Of a stretch of DNA of 64,000 bases, positions 18,380 through 29,462 are shown piece by piece (within the stretch, counting starts at the first letter, position 1; each line of letters starts with the position of its first letter). The stretch is from Ostreococcus lucimarinus. Its lineage: Eukaryota. Position numbers and translations under genes: made by a program. Under the pieces are notes generated by a model. The model saw only the letters and a list, made by a program, of their open reading frames with translations, was not told the origin of the DNA and ran no database searches. Location of the stretch: the NCBI GenBank assembly GCA_000092065.1, contig CP000581.1; one strand, written 5' to 3'.

Positions 18380-20722
18380 ATGGACGATGAGGCGTTAAAA
18401 TCGCCACCATCGCTCGCGCGCGGTGATGCTCGAGTGGTGACGCTCAACGCCTCCGTCGATGGCGTCGAGCCCGCGCTCGTGGTGACCACGCACGCGGGGT
18501 CGCAGTACGCCTTCAACGTCCCCGAGGGATTCGCCAGGCTCGCGCTGGAGTGTAAGATTCGACCGACGGGAAAATTGCGAGCTGTGTTCGCCGCGGACGA
18601 TTCCGCAGCCTCGCTGGGGGGGCTAACGGGGTTGATTTTGCGCCTGTCCGCGGATGGGCACGAACGGTTGGCAGTGGTGGGGCCGAGCGGAACGAGCGCC
18701 CAAGTTGAGGGCGCTCGGAAATGTACGCGGTGGGTGCATCCTGAAGTTGATGGAGTTGAGCTGTGCGCGAATTCTAAACGGTGTGGGGGTATTGGGTGTT
18801 ACGCCGACAACGCTGTGACGGTCTGGCCGCTGTTTCTTGAAGACACATGTGAATGTCTAGTCTGCGAGTGGGAGAATCATAGGCGTCAGACGGCGACCAC
18901 GAGTGATGAAGAGGAGGATGTAGATGAGGGAGGCCATATTGGCGGCGAACAAAGTGAAGGCGTAGAAGACGATAAGATGGCGTCGCCGTCATCTCGTGTG
19001 AAAATGACAAGTACGGACAATACAAAGACGGCGTGCGTGGGTTACGTTTGCGAAGTCAAGGAATTTGACGATGCGCCTGGTGTGCGCATTGCGATTATTC
19101 ATGTGAAAAGTATGGATTTGATTGCACGACTTGATCAGAATCCGACGCTGAATTGCTTCGCATCAAAGGATCTGCACTCACTGGATGCAATGTTCCATTG
19201 TTCGCCAACCGACGTCGCGGACGCTCCTGGTTATAAGTCATGGTTAGAATCAGTCGATTGCGAGCACTTTTTCTGCCGTGCTCAAAATGAACTGGGTTTT
19301 CGCGCTAGCGCCCGAATGTCTCTGCGATTGAACACAGTCGATGCGGAATCGTTTCCCATTCCGAGGGCGTTTGGAGACAGCGATGCCAAACAGCGAGTGA
19401 GTGATAAATTCACAAGCCTTGGGCTGTGTGCTTGTGTGCATATTCGGAAGAACACTGTCGCGAAGTGCGAGGTAGATCATGTAGTGTTTCGTCCTGATGA
19501 TGTTGATCCCGACGCAGTACTGAATGAGCTTGCGACGAAACACCCAGAGCTCGCTGCGGCAGCGCAAGCATCACTCACCAGAATACACCGAAAAGAGATG
19601 GTTGATCTCGAAGAAAACGGAGATGCTGAGACAAGTCAAGCCGTGGCGTCAAATTTGAAATCGCGCTTAATGCGGGGCTTGATAGGGAGGAAGAAGCAAA
19701 AGATAGAAAATGATACCGAGGTGATTTTCCTTGGCACTGGGTCCGCCGAGCCAAACAAATATCGGGGGAGTAGCGGCATCCTCACTGAATTGCCGCGGTC
19801 AGTAGCGGCGAAAACGTCCAAAACATGGATGATGTTAGACTGCGGTGAGGGGACCGTGGGTTCGATTCAAAGAATGTTTGGATGCGCGACGATGAAAAGG
19901 ATTGTCAAGAATCTGAAAGTTGTTTGGATTTCACATCATCACGCAGATCACATGCTTGGTGTTCGTGGTTTATTGGAAGTACATGCTCGCGTTTGCAACG
20001 CGCCTTTGACGCTTGTGGGCCCAAGGGTCCTCGAGGAATGGCTACATACTTGCGGTGTGTCCCAAAATCTATATCATTTCGTCCATTCGCGCGACTTGTT
20101 TGCAGGACCATTTGGCCGTCTGCCACCGCCTCCGCCGCCCACAAAATTGCAGAGCGTGTCGCGATCACCTCTGCCACCTCCGCCGCCACTAGATGAAGGA
20201 AATCAACGACATTCAATTTTTGATCAATCCAATGCCTCGGCTAAGTCTATGGAGAGCCGTCTCATGCAGTTGTGTGGATTGAGTCGATTTGAGGCCGTGG
20301 CCGTTGAACACTGTCGCGACGCCGCGGCCCTCGTCGTCGGATCGCCATCTGGGTGGAGTCTGGCTTACTCTGGAGATTGCAGACCGTCGCGAGGTTTCGC
20401 CCGTGCAGCAAAAGGGTGTGCCTTGATGATCCATGAGGCGACTTTTGATAACGAACTGAGTGACCATGCGGTGCGGAAACGACATTCCACCACCGCTGAG
20501 GCACTTCAAATTGCGGCAGACGCTGGAGTAAAACATATCGTCTTGACGCATTTCAGTCAAAGATATCCCAAAGCAATTTATCTCGATGAGGTTAAGATTA
20601 AGCCTATTATCGCTTTCGATGGATTTCGGTTGCGTTATAGTCAGCTTGAGCGTGTTCAAAACTTGCAACATATCATTACGATGGTGAACGGTGTTTCGAG
20701 CTCCAACGTCGACAAGATATAG
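18380..20722 (+). CDS. ELAC2: tRNase Z long form (ELAC2-like)
   Basis: The N-terminal pseudo-MBL half is 'VVTTHAGSQYAFNVPEGFARLALECKIRP'. The C-terminal half has 'VVWISHHHADH' (HxHxDH), 'MIHEATF' and 'LTHFSQRYPK'. There is a poly-Pro insertion. An alternative upstream ATG at 18269 is possible. Confidence 0.8.
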   Translation: MDDEALKSPPSLARGDARVVTLNASVDGVEPALVVTTHAGSQYAFNVPEGFARLALECKIRPTGKLRAVFAADDSAASLGGLTGLILRLSADGHERLAVVGPSGTSAQVEGARKCTRWVHPEVDGVELCANSKRCGGIGCYADNAVTVWPLFLEDTCECLVCEWENHRRQTATTSDEEEDVDEGGHIGGEQSEGVEDDKMASPSSRVKMTSTDNTKTACVGYVCEVKEFDDAPGVRIAIIHVKSMDLIARLDQNPTLNCFASKDLHSLDAMFHCSPTDVADAPGYKSWLESVDCEHFFCRAQNELGFRASARMSLRLNTVDAESFPIPRAFGDSDAKQRVSDKFTSLGLCACVHIRKNTVAKCEVDHVVFRPDDVDPDAVLNELATKHPELAAAAQASLTRIHRKEMVDLEENGDAETSQAVASNLKSRLMRGLIGRKKQKIENDTEVIFLGTGSAEPNKYRGSSGILTELPRSVAAKTSKTWMMLDCGEGTVGSIQRMFGCATMKRIVKNLKVVWISHHHADHMLGVRGLLEVHARVCNAPLTLVGPRVLEEWLHTCGVSQNLYHFVHSRDLFAGPFGRLPPPPPPTKLQSVSRSPLPPPPPLDEGNQRHSIFDQSNASAKSMESRLMQLCGLSRFEAVAVEHCRDAAALVVGSPSGWSLAYSGDCRPSRGFARAAKGCALMIHEATFDNELSDHAVRKRHSTTAEALQIAADAGVKHIVLTHFSQRYPKAIYLDEVKIKPIIAFDGFRLRYSQLERVQNLQHIITMVNGVSSSNVDKI

Positions 20723-20760
20723 CTGTAGATTTGTAGTCAAAAAAGCGCGCGCATAGAAGT

Positions 20761-21591
20761 ATGCTTCTTCAGTTGGGCTATCGTCGATGTTTTGCAAGCG
20801 TCGTGCATGCGCAGACCGAGTCTGTGACGTATTTTCTCGCGGACGCATGTCATGGCGTCGGTTTCACTCTGGCAAAGAGTATTCTGGGAAAATCACCCAT
20901 GACTAAACTCGCGGCCGCGACGCAGAGCACGGCGTGCGCGCAAGAATTCAAGAACGCTTTCTGGGACGGCGACCGACTGATAACATCATCTTTTGACCTG
21001 ACTGACCAACGTCAGTTGGAAAATTTTGTATCGAGGTCGAAGTATAGTCTAGGTGACGACGTTCAAGTCTTGCTCGCGAATGTAGGAGAATTACCGAGTC
21101 GATGGCAGCGCCAGTTTCTTACAACGCCTTTAATCGGAGATACGATCGCGAGTGAATGGATCCGACTGTGTAAAGACGTTGCCGCCGTTGGAATTTTACT
21201 GAAGACCATACTGCCGTCCATGATGGCGGCGCCCACACTCATCGGACGCCGAAAAGTTGTTGCAATATTTTCGCATCAATCACCACGTGCATCGGCAGTG
21301 AACGCCGTTGCGTTCAAAGTTGCGAATGCTGCGCTTGACGAGCTTGTACGATCAACGAGCGTAGAGTTAGCTCGAAACGCAGCGCAATCGGAATTTGTTG
21401 TCGTAAAAGTCTCCACGCCGATTCTCGCCGATCGCGGGGCACAACTTGAGTGGTGCACAGAAGTCAGCAAGCAGATAGATCGGCTCAGAAAAGATGAGAG
21501 TTTTGCACTCCAGTACGATGGTCAAAGCTTACCCATTCCAGGGTATCCAGCGCAGATTGACACTTTTGGGTACGATTCTAATGTGATGTGA
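20761..21591 (+). CDS. short-chain dehydrogenase/reductase-like protein with a degenerate catalytic motif
   Basis: A Rossmann-like 'FLADACHGVGFTLAKSIL' resembles TGxxxGxG, but the YxxxK position reads 'AFKVAN' (FxxxN). The N-terminal 'MLLQLGYRRCFASVV' looks like a presequence. Confidence 0.45.
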   Translation: MLLQLGYRRCFASVVHAQTESVTYFLADACHGVGFTLAKSILGKSPMTKLAAATQSTACAQEFKNAFWDGDRLITSSFDLTDQRQLENFVSRSKYSLGDDVQVLLANVGELPSRWQRQFLTTPLIGDTIASEWIRLCKDVAAVGILLKTILPSMMAAPTLIGRRKVVAIFSHQSPRASAVNAVAFKVANAALDELVRSTSVELARNAAQSEFVVVKVSTPILADRGAQLEWCTEVSKQIDRLRKDESFALQYDGQSLPIPGYPAQIDTFGYDSNVM

Positions 21592-21711
21592 AGTGTGTTA
21601 CAAGCTTCTAATACTACGAGTGTCGGAACGTCGTCGGCGCGCTGCTGCGCAGGTGCGAGCTACAGCTCGAGGAAAAGCCGCAGCCGGCGTCGACGTCGGC
21701 GATGGATGAAT

Positions 21712-24498
21712 TCACGAGTACGATTGCCAGTTGAATGCGATATCTAGTTCCCCACTTTTAGCGTTACCAACCTTGAACCTAGCTTCCATTGATCCACCGT
21801 GTTCTAAGATGGTGGCGATGGGTACTTCAAGGTTACCCATAAAGTTACTCTTTGTTCCGATCGGGAAGGTTGAATCGACGTCGAACAACTCGATTATGAC
21901 CTTGCTTTGTTCGCTCGCCGGGGAGAATTCGAATCTTGCATTGAACTCTGGATTGAGATTCTTGTAATGTACCTTGGAAGTGTACACGATGAAATCTTTT
22001 CCATCCTTGTTTTTCTTACGCGCGCTTTTGCGCGTCTCCTTATCCATCAAGGCGGAGCTTGAACTCATGCTCTCAACTGGAAGCTTGACTTTGACGTAGG
22101 GATCAGATAACCCGTTTGAGTCCATCACCTGCAGATTGATTCCGCGAATCACATGAACAGTCAACAACCCGAGCCCCGCAAAGAGCTCCTTTGCGGCAAC
22201 GCTACCAAATTGTATGAATTGAGTATTCAGCAATAGTCGCATCGGTGGCTTCTTCACGTTCCCAGCTACCTGCTCAGGGAAATCGAGCCACAATTCTTTT
22301 TCGGCGCCATCTTCCGTTGCGTCTTTGATTGTATCAATCCGCACCTCTGTCATCGCGAGTCGAGTTTCGTAGCTAAGCGGGTCTGAATCATAGTCGAGCA
22401 CGCTTACTTTCAGCGTGCGTAAGTCAACGTCATCGACCGGAATGTAAAAAGTCTCATTCCAAATTGGATCTTCGTTGTTCATCATGGTGGTAGTTTGCAC
22501 TTGTAACCCATGCTTTTTGACGAACATCTTCACATACGGATCTGTTTTCGAAAGTAGATCCGTTCTCGGAATGTTTTCAGCTCGCACCACAGTCGCCTTG
22601 AGAACCCCAGTGTTACGCAATTGCAACATGTGAGTATCGTACCACTTGAAGGGTTTGATTTCTCCGTCCGGCATGGTAATTGGATCGAAGTTGAAGCTCA
22701 AAGGTATGACTAGTCGTTCGGGCTGAATGAACATGTCACCAAGTAGGTCGGCAACGAATTCTTCCAACCATTTATCGACGACATTGTACAGCACATCCAA
22801 ACCACTAGGAAGCTCGCAATGAAATTCAACGATGGGTCGTTCTGTCATGGAAACTGTTAAACCACCGAGCGGACTTGGGAGTGGCACCAGCGGGTTGAGA
22901 GTGATTCTCAATTTCGTATAGATTTCGAGATCTTTGACCGCAATATTTATATCCGCTCCAATGTGCGTCTTTGCAGCGAGGACGATGTTCGATTTCCCAG
23001 CCCAAGCAAAATCTACGTCGATGCTCGTCGCCATTCCTTCAGCTTTCGTACCTACGTAGGTGAAGTTTCTGAAGACGAATGGGTTCTCACCAAAATCAAG
23101 TTCTTTAAACGTCAAACGCTTCAACATAGACGGTCTAGTCGCTTCCATGAGCGGATCAAGTATTTCTCGCAACATACCACTGACTGCTTTGTTGTAGAAC
23201 GGCCACACGGTAGTCAATAAATTGTTGAGCCAAGGAACGAGTTCGTCAGGGCGATACCTTGCCCACACCGGCGCTGCGTTCATGTACTGCATATCATTTG
23301 TACGCACGGCAGGTAAGCCCATAAGCTCAGTCATGCGTGCTGCATTCTTTTCAATTTCCAAGAAGGCCGATAACACTGCATCGATCTCTGCTCGAGATTG
23401 AAGACGCGTCTCGTGCTTCCTCACTACCAACCATCCACCTATGAAAGCGAAGAGAAAAGAGAAAACACCTCGGTTATTGCTCAACCAGTCGATGCTATAA
23501 ATAACCGTCACCTGCCACGTGAAGCAGATCGCACAGATGATCGCCGTGGCAATCTGCGACTGAACCAACGAAGCGCGCCAAAACATGCGCTCAATTTGTA
23601 TCTTTAAACTCAGCAGCACGTACACGATCAGAATGGTGGACGCAAACGCAAGCAATCTGCGAATATGCGATGCCGTCGAGGCGTCTGGCGAAAGCTTTCC
23701 GGAAAAGACGACGTTCGGCACATAAGTCATTGCGAGCATAGCCAACATTCCAATTTTACTCAAGTTCAATCCGGCCTCCTTGGCCGAAGACTTCAACATC
23801 TCCGGCGTCGGTCCGTTGAAAATCGGACCAGTTCCAGGAATATACGTCGAAAAGTCAGCTATATCGAACACGTTTCTCTCTCGCAGTACGTGGTCGCCTC
23901 GAGAAAGATCGCCGATGGCATATGCCTTTGGCTTTTGCACCGTATCTTCTTGCTTGATATCCGGTGGTGCGATCCATTCAGGACCTTCCCATTTCGGTAA
24001 CACGTTGGGAGCTAATTTAGGTTCATTTTCGTATCTCTTAAGTCGAGCGCTCAACTCCACAGCTTCTTCCGTCTTCGTAGCTTTATCGCGGATGTCCAGG
24101 CGCAGACGAGAGTCGTCATCGTTGTCGGCGAGAATCTTTCGCGTTTGATCGCTCAAGGATTCATTCCGACGCGGAGTGAACGTATCGATCCTTTGTATGT
24201 CTTCATCAATCATATCGTCCTCATTACCCGCCGCCAGCGCGCTTTTCTTCTTCTCCTTGAAATCCTTGCTCTTTGGCTTCTGAGTCTTCGACGCGGTCGA
24301 AGCGTGCTTGTCGTCATCGCTCCTCGGAAGGATGCCACTGATATCGCCGCTCATATTTCCACTGCTAGTTCTTAGCTCCTCCGAGGATTTCAAGCTCGCA
24401 GCTGACTCCAAACGTCGTCCATCGGCCGTCTTTCGTAATTGGAACTCCGTCTCCTCGGCCTCGGGAGCGTCGACGCTTTTCGAGCAACACGAACCCAT
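21712..24498 (-). CDS. extended-synaptotagmin/tricalbin-like protein (TM hairpin, SMP domain, two C2 domains)
   Basis: The N-terminal MGSCCSKS suggests myristoylation/palmitoylation. There are hydrophobic hairpins, an SMP-like region ('LTFKELDFGENPF') and C2 domains ('TDPYVKMFV', 'SDPYVKVKL'). Confidence 0.75.
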   Translation of the reverse strand: MGSCCSKSVDAPEAEETEFQLRKTADGRRLESAASLKSSEELRTSSGNMSGDISGILPRSDDDKHASTASKTQKPKSKDFKEKKKSALAAGNEDDMIDEDIQRIDTFTPRRNESLSDQTRKILADNDDDSRLRLDIRDKATKTEEAVELSARLKRYENEPKLAPNVLPKWEGPEWIAPPDIKQEDTVQKPKAYAIGDLSRGDHVLRERNVFDIADFSTYIPGTGPIFNGPTPEMLKSSAKEAGLNLSKIGMLAMLAMTYVPNVVFSGKLSPDASTASHIRRLLAFASTILIVYVLLSLKIQIERMFWRASLVQSQIATAIICAICFTWQVTVIYSIDWLSNNRGVFSFLFAFIGGWLVVRKHETRLQSRAEIDAVLSAFLEIEKNAARMTELMGLPAVRTNDMQYMNAAPVWARYRPDELVPWLNNLLTTVWPFYNKAVSGMLREILDPLMEATRPSMLKRLTFKELDFGENPFVFRNFTYVGTKAEGMATSIDVDFAWAGKSNIVLAAKTHIGADINIAVKDLEIYTKLRITLNPLVPLPSPLGGLTVSMTERPIVEFHCELPSGLDVLYNVVDKWLEEFVADLLGDMFIQPERLVIPLSFNFDPITMPDGEIKPFKWYDTHMLQLRNTGVLKATVVRAENIPRTDLLSKTDPYVKMFVKKHGLQVQTTTMMNNEDPIWNETFYIPVDDVDLRTLKVSVLDYDSDPLSYETRLAMTEVRIDTIKDATEDGAEKELWLDFPEQVAGNVKKPPMRLLLNTQFIQFGSVAAKELFAGLGLLTVHVIRGINLQVMDSNGLSDPYVKVKLPVESMSSSSALMDKETRKSARKKNKDGKDFIVYTSKVHYKNLNPEFNARFEFSPASEQSKVIIELFDVDSTFPIGTKSNFMGNLEVPIATILEHGGSMEARFKVGNAKSGELDIAFNWQSYS

Positions 24499-24824
24499 CG
24501 TTGCGACTGCGCGACGACGGGCGCGACTTGATGCTTAAATACTCGTGCCGGTGTGGAGAATCCGTGACCGCACGTGCGGGGAGCGCGTTAAAGTGAGGCT
24601 GGATCGAACGATTAATTAGCGCCGCTCCGATCGATCAACCGAGCGGGTTGAGCTGGGTAACAACAGAAGAGTACCTCGGAATGGGTGACGACGCGATGCC
24701 TGGAAGACTAGGCGAGATCGTAAAAGAAATAGATTTGAAGTGCATCATCGTCGCTATTCAATGAAAACGGGGTACTAAGGATTAAGAATAGTGCTATCGC
24801 CGATATGAAGCAGGTTGTTTCAAC

Positions 24825-25673
24825 TCAACCGCCCGCGGCGAACCTGGCGAGTCTCTTGAGCGCCGGGAACCAATAGGAAACTTCTTCCCAGTGCTTCTGC
24901 GAGAGATGCAGCAAGATTGAGTTCACCGCGGGTGTGTTTCCGGACGCTAAACAGTCAGAGAGTGTCACCAGCGCCTCCACGACGGGCTCCGTGATGGTGT
25001 TCTCGTCGTCCGCGCCCGCCGCAGCTCCTGTGTTGTTCAAGAAGACGAACAACCCACCGATTTTGTTCGATATCCCTTCGAGTTCCTTCAATTTCATCGG
25101 CGGTGCGCCTTGCATGGCGAGCTGATACTTTTCTCGCAGCGTGTTCACGATTGATAAATTATTCTGTCTCACTCGAGAGACGTCGGTGTTTTCAATCGTA
25201 GCCGAAGCCGGCGGCTTCGGCCAACCCGGCGCTGGGCCAACCCACGCTCCACCGCTACAATATCTCTCTCTACCTCTCAACGACGTCACCGTCGACGCAC
25301 TCGGTGAAGGCGTAGACACAGGGACGCCACCAACGACGCGTTGCGGCGCCGCAGAGGGCGCAAACTGAGCCGGCGAAGGGTGTCCGACCAACGGCATCGC
25401 CAGCGTTCCCGTGTGCGCGATGGCGCCCGGGTTGAACACTGTTACGTTTGCCGGCGTCGGCGGCACCGCTTGAGGCGCGATTGACGCCGTGGGCGAAGGC
25501 ACGGCGGGCGGAACGAGCGCTGTCGGTGGTGCCAGAGGCGCCGTCGAAACCGACGCCGCGACGTCTTCTTCGCGCCATCCCTGCGTCGGGGGCGCACCAG
25601 GGACGAACCCGCCGCGTGCACCGAGCGAACTCAGCGGGGGTTGGCTGGTGAACCCCATGAAGGGCGCAGGCAC
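24825..25673 (-). CDS. SRA1/Sec31-domain protein with a Pro-rich N-terminus
   Basis: The C-terminal 'LLHLSQKHWEEVSYWFPALKRLA' aligns to the SRA1 domain ('[23 protein letters not shown]'). The N-terminal half is Pro/Ala-rich. Confidence 0.5.
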   Translation of the reverse strand: MPAPFMGFTSQPPLSSLGARGGFVPGAPPTQGWREEDVAASVSTAPLAPPTALVPPAVPSPTASIAPQAVPPTPANVTVFNPGAIAHTGTLAMPLVGHPSPAQFAPSAAPQRVVGGVPVSTPSPSASTVTSLRGRERYCSGGAWVGPAPGWPKPPASATIENTDVSRVRQNNLSIVNTLREKYQLAMQGAPPMKLKELEGISNKIGGLFVFLNNTGAAAGADDENTITEPVVEALVTLSDCLASGNTPAVNSILLHLSQKHWEEVSYWFPALKRLARFAAGG

Positions 25674-25860
25674 CGCGCAGTGTGGCTTAAGATGGTGATC
25701 GCTGGATGCTCGAGTGCGAGTGCGAGTGCGGACGACGCGAGACGTTTCAAAGAAGAGATGGAGACGCTATGTTTACTACTCGAACTCGGTCTACGGCTAT
25801 GCTGGAATACAATCTATTAAGCTATTTCTAATTTTCATGGTCGTTTGTCGCGTGTACGTT

Positions 25861-28800
25861 CTACACGAACGAGAAAACCATATCCACTTCGCCATGTACG
25901 AGGCGAATTTGACGTGACTTGACGAATTTCAAAGAGCACTCGACCACAGATTCGCCCGATCTTCCTAGATCGCTGTCGTTCAAAGGCGCTTCAGAGGGAA
26001 CGCATGGCATATAATGCGAAGTTCCTAACGGTAAAGCACCTCGAGTGAACGTGTGTCGCCATGAGGGAGTTAAATCCCAGATGTACACAAACGATAATTT
26101 GTCCAAATACGCCGCTACTTGATTCCCATCCGCATCGAACGACACTGCTTTCACAGAGAGCTCACCGGAATCGTACTCATCCATGGAAATCGATCGCATG
26201 TGGTCGACGAGTACGTTTGAAGAGTGTTTGACGCTGTTTTCGGGTGAGGTAAGGAGGCCGAGTGGATTCGACCAATTCGTCGCCAAGGCTTCACTCGTGG
26301 CTCTGTCAGTTAAATCTGTATGATTATCCTCCAAGGTTCGCCACTTCGTGGCAGTTTGTAAGTCGTATACGATCATGACAGTACCGTTTTTCACAGCTCC
26401 ATGTATGGCAGCCGTAAAACGCTGCGTCTCGCGATGGAAAGCCATCGATGAGGATTTACCAAGCTCAGTCAATAAAACGTTGACGCCTTGCAAGCAACTT
26501 TTCCTCAACGCTGAATTCGAGGGATTCAGCGCTAGCATCACGGTATCCATCAAGTAGGCAGCGTGAACTTGCAGCATTTTCACATTAGTCTGAGCGACGC
26601 GCATGAGCGCCATGAAGGCTAGCATGTGAGCCGGATGCTCTGGAGCCAGACTACGAAGACGGTTGTTCATGTGCGTAAAGAAGAACGGCGGGCTCGCTCC
26701 AGCGAAAGCCGAGAGCACGTCGCTCAGCGCTTCTCGGTTGATCATGGACTCAGTGGGATCGGTTGACATGCTCATAACTTTCGAAGAAAGCTCAAACACT
26801 TCTTCCAGGGCTTTGTTGGGATCGGCTAAACAGGACATCCAGTTTGAGTGCTTGATGCCTTCTGTCAATAAAGCAGCGGAGGTCAGGACGACCGTCTTAC
26901 TGGGGGATTTCAACCCCTCCAGAAGGGCGCGAGAGATCTTGATATTCCAGCTGTCGTGCACAGTCGTATTCGGTGTCAAGCAAGCCGTGCTTGAGATTAT
27001 TAAACCGAGTAAACCGTTCCCGAATTGGGAGTTGGGCGTCAAGCGATCCCATCTTGCGAATTGCTCGCACGTGAACAAATCATCCGGCGCTGCAAGCTCG
27101 AAAGACGGTGGTAAGGATTTCATAAGACAAGCGCACAGGAGTCTTTTCGAAGCTTGGCGCACGCACTCGACTTTGTCCATGCAATGCCACGCGTAAAAAA
27201 CTAAATCCGCGTCATCAACTACCCTATTCCTTGCCTCGACTGCTTCCATCACTTCGACGTACGGCGCCATGCTCACCGCCTCGCTCACTTGAACAATTCT
27301 GATGGCCGTGGCCGCCATAAAGAGACGGAGCTCGCGAGTTGTTGACGGCTTTTTCATACTGCGGACACCTGGTAAGTCAAAAGTTACCGAACCTTTCGCA
27401 CCGATGACACTCACGTCTGAGTATCTCGACTTGTTTGCGAAGAATTCATCAAATATGCTGGCGTCGAGGTTGCCTTCGGTTGATAGCACGAGCATTCCTA
27501 ACAGTAGGTGCAGCGCGCGTACTTCTTCGTCAACGAACGATCCGCTTATCACTGATGGCGATGATTTTATCGAATCGAGACTGATTCTTCGTTTAACACC
27601 GTGCGAAGGGAGACCATTCGATGCCGGGTCCAGTAACGCGTTGATGTCTGCGCTGATCGCGAACACGTTTGTTTGCACGCATCTCCACATCAATGGCTGA
27701 GGACGTCTCCTCGTGTACTTCCACTGACGCTGCGCCGGACCCAGCATGCCATGGAGCACGACGTGAAAAGACCCTTCCCGAAGATTGGCCATCATCGCTT
27801 GCACAGCGCCTCCCGTCAAGTGGCGCTCCAACACCCCCGTGAGAATGTCCCAAACGTGCAAGCTTCCGTCCTTACTCAGAACGGCTAGAACGCCTCGAGG
27901 TGCGTTCCATATCATTTCTTTGACTCCGAAACCGTTTCCAGGCATGATGAAATTAACGGCCCACGTGTCAGCGGACACTAGACCGAGCACTCCGTCATCG
28001 CCGATGGTGATGAACACGTTGTTCCAGCTCGCATCGCGAGCACTCATAGGTGCGGGGAGAAGCCACCGCACCGGACCTTGGTGGTGACGTAGCACGGCCA
28101 TATTTTTCGATGATGCGTAGTCCCATGCGCGAACTGTGCCATCCTTGCCACCCGATAATAAAAAGGATTCCTTCTTATCGCCAGTCCAGTCCAGCAAGGA
28201 AAGCACGGCGCCGTCGTGTCCGCGGAAACTCGTCGACGGTGCGCTGCTTCCGTACAATGGCTGGGAACATATGGTCCCATCAGAGTAGCCGTACACGTAC
28301 GATTCGGGGGCGTATCGTGCTCCTTTCGCGGGTGCACACGAAGTCACGACCACGTTCGAGGGAGAAGACTCCCATCTATCTGCCAAGGAAAACGAACCAG
28401 CCGGAGAAGACACGACGCAACAATCTTCACTGCCTTGCGCGCACACGCGTCCGATCGCGGTGTCGAGCTCGTGATGAAAAACGTCACGCTCGCGCACGTC
28501 ACCGATGTATTGCACGATCGGTTTAGCGATATTATTCCACCCAGTCAAATCGAACGCGCTCGCTTCTGGCGCCGACGGCGATTCGTCGTCGCCGCTCTCG
28601 GCGGGCGCTCCGACGCACGACCAGACGTGCGTCCGCCCATCTTCATCGCGCACACCGAGCGCCCCGCTCGAGTCCACGAAAATCTCCACCATTTTTTTCA
28701 ATTCTTGAGGTATCTCCAGCACCACGCCAACGTCGCTCAGTGGGTCGATGACTTCGCATCGCCGTCGCCGCGTCGCCTCCGCGACGACGACGACGGCGAC

Positions 28801-29268
28801 GCCGCCGACGCCGTTCGCGAATTCCACTTCTCTTTCGCACACCATCCCCACTCTTTCCCCACCGCTCGCGATGAATCGTTTATGTAAGCACTCCCCGCTT
28901 CGTCGATCCCACGCGCACACCCCTCCGCTCGCATCCACGCTCACCATCGCCCTTCGCGTCCTCGCGAACGCCTCGACGCCGTCGTCGTGTCCCGCGCACG
29001 CCTGTCTCGCCCCCAGCGCGTCGCCGTCGTCGTCGACCTCGAGCGCCCATCGCACGATCGCTCCGTCTCTCGCCCCCGTCCACGCCCACGTCCGCACGTT
29101 CGCGCGCGACGTCGTCGCGATCCCGTCGTCGTCGTCGTCCCGTTCGCCTTCGCCTTCGCCTTCGCCTTCGCCTTCGCGGTGCCGATTCGAGACGTCGTCG
29201 ACGACGAGCGCGGTGACGACGTGCGCGAACGGCGCGTCGGCGAACTGCGCGCACGCGCACGCGCGCAT
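25861..29268 (-). CDS. large WD40-repeat protein (WDR7/rabconnectin-3β-like, tentative)
   Basis: It has multiple WD repeats ('LSGGKDGTVRAWD', 'LSKDGSLHVWD', 'FVYIWDL') plus a long helical region. The start is trimmed to 'MRACACAQ' at 29266-29268. The N-terminus contains (GE)5D5 encoded by (cgcctt)n and (gtc)n repeats. Confidence 0.65.
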   Translation of the reverse strand: MRACACAQFADAPFAHVVTALVVDDVSNRHREGEGEGEGEGERDDDDDGIATTSRANVRTWAWTGARDGAIVRWALEVDDDGDALGARQACAGHDDGVEAFARTRRAMVSVDASGGVCAWDRRSGECLHKRFIASGGERVGMVCEREVEFANGVGGVAVVVVAEATRRRRCEVIDPLSDVGVVLEIPQELKKMVEIFVDSSGALGVRDEDGRTHVWSCVGAPAESGDDESPSAPEASAFDLTGWNNIAKPIVQYIGDVRERDVFHHELDTAIGRVCAQGSEDCCVVSSPAGSFSLADRWESSPSNVVVTSCAPAKGARYAPESYVYGYSDGTICSQPLYGSSAPSTSFRGHDGAVLSLLDWTGDKKESFLLSGGKDGTVRAWDYASSKNMAVLRHHQGPVRWLLPAPMSARDASWNNVFITIGDDGVLGLVSADTWAVNFIMPGNGFGVKEMIWNAPRGVLAVLSKDGSLHVWDILTGVLERHLTGGAVQAMMANLREGSFHVVLHGMLGPAQRQWKYTRRRPQPLMWRCVQTNVFAISADINALLDPASNGLPSHGVKRRISLDSIKSSPSVISGSFVDEEVRALHLLLGMLVLSTEGNLDASIFDEFFANKSRYSDVSVIGAKGSVTFDLPGVRSMKKPSTTRELRLFMAATAIRIVQVSEAVSMAPYVEVMEAVEARNRVVDDADLVFYAWHCMDKVECVRQASKRLLCACLMKSLPPSFELAAPDDLFTCEQFARWDRLTPNSQFGNGLLGLIISSTACLTPNTTVHDSWNIKISRALLEGLKSPSKTVVLTSAALLTEGIKHSNWMSCLADPNKALEEVFELSSKVMSMSTDPTESMINREALSDVLSAFAGASPPFFFTHMNNRLRSLAPEHPAHMLAFMALMRVAQTNVKMLQVHAAYLMDTVMLALNPSNSALRKSCLQGVNVLLTELGKSSSMAFHRETQRFTAAIHGAVKNGTVMIVYDLQTATKWRTLEDNHTDLTDRATSEALATNWSNPLGLLTSPENSVKHSSNVLVDHMRSISMDEYDSGELSVKAVSFDADGNQVAAYLDKLSFVYIWDLTPSWRHTFTRGALPLGTSHYMPCVPSEAPLNDSDLGRSGESVVECSLKFVKSRQIRLVHGEVDMVFSFV
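29123..29177. repeat. (GTC)5 followed by (CGCCTT)5 microsatellites
   Basis: 'gtcgtcgtcgtcgtcccgttcgccttcgccttcgccttcgccttcgc'. On the minus strand this encodes GEGEGEGEGE followed by DDDDD in the WD40 gene N-terminus. Confidence 0.85.
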
Positions 29269-29406
29269 CGGTGCGACCGACCGACGCGACGCGACGATGC
29301 GTGACGACGACGCGCGACGCGCGCGAATCGACGCGAATCGAATCCACAATCCACGGGCGCGTCCCGTTCGTTCGTCGCGTTCGCCGCGCGCCGCATTCGA
29401 CGACGC

Positions 29407-29430
29407 GTGGAATCGCGACGGCGCGCGCGC

Positions 29431-29462
<32 letters not shown>

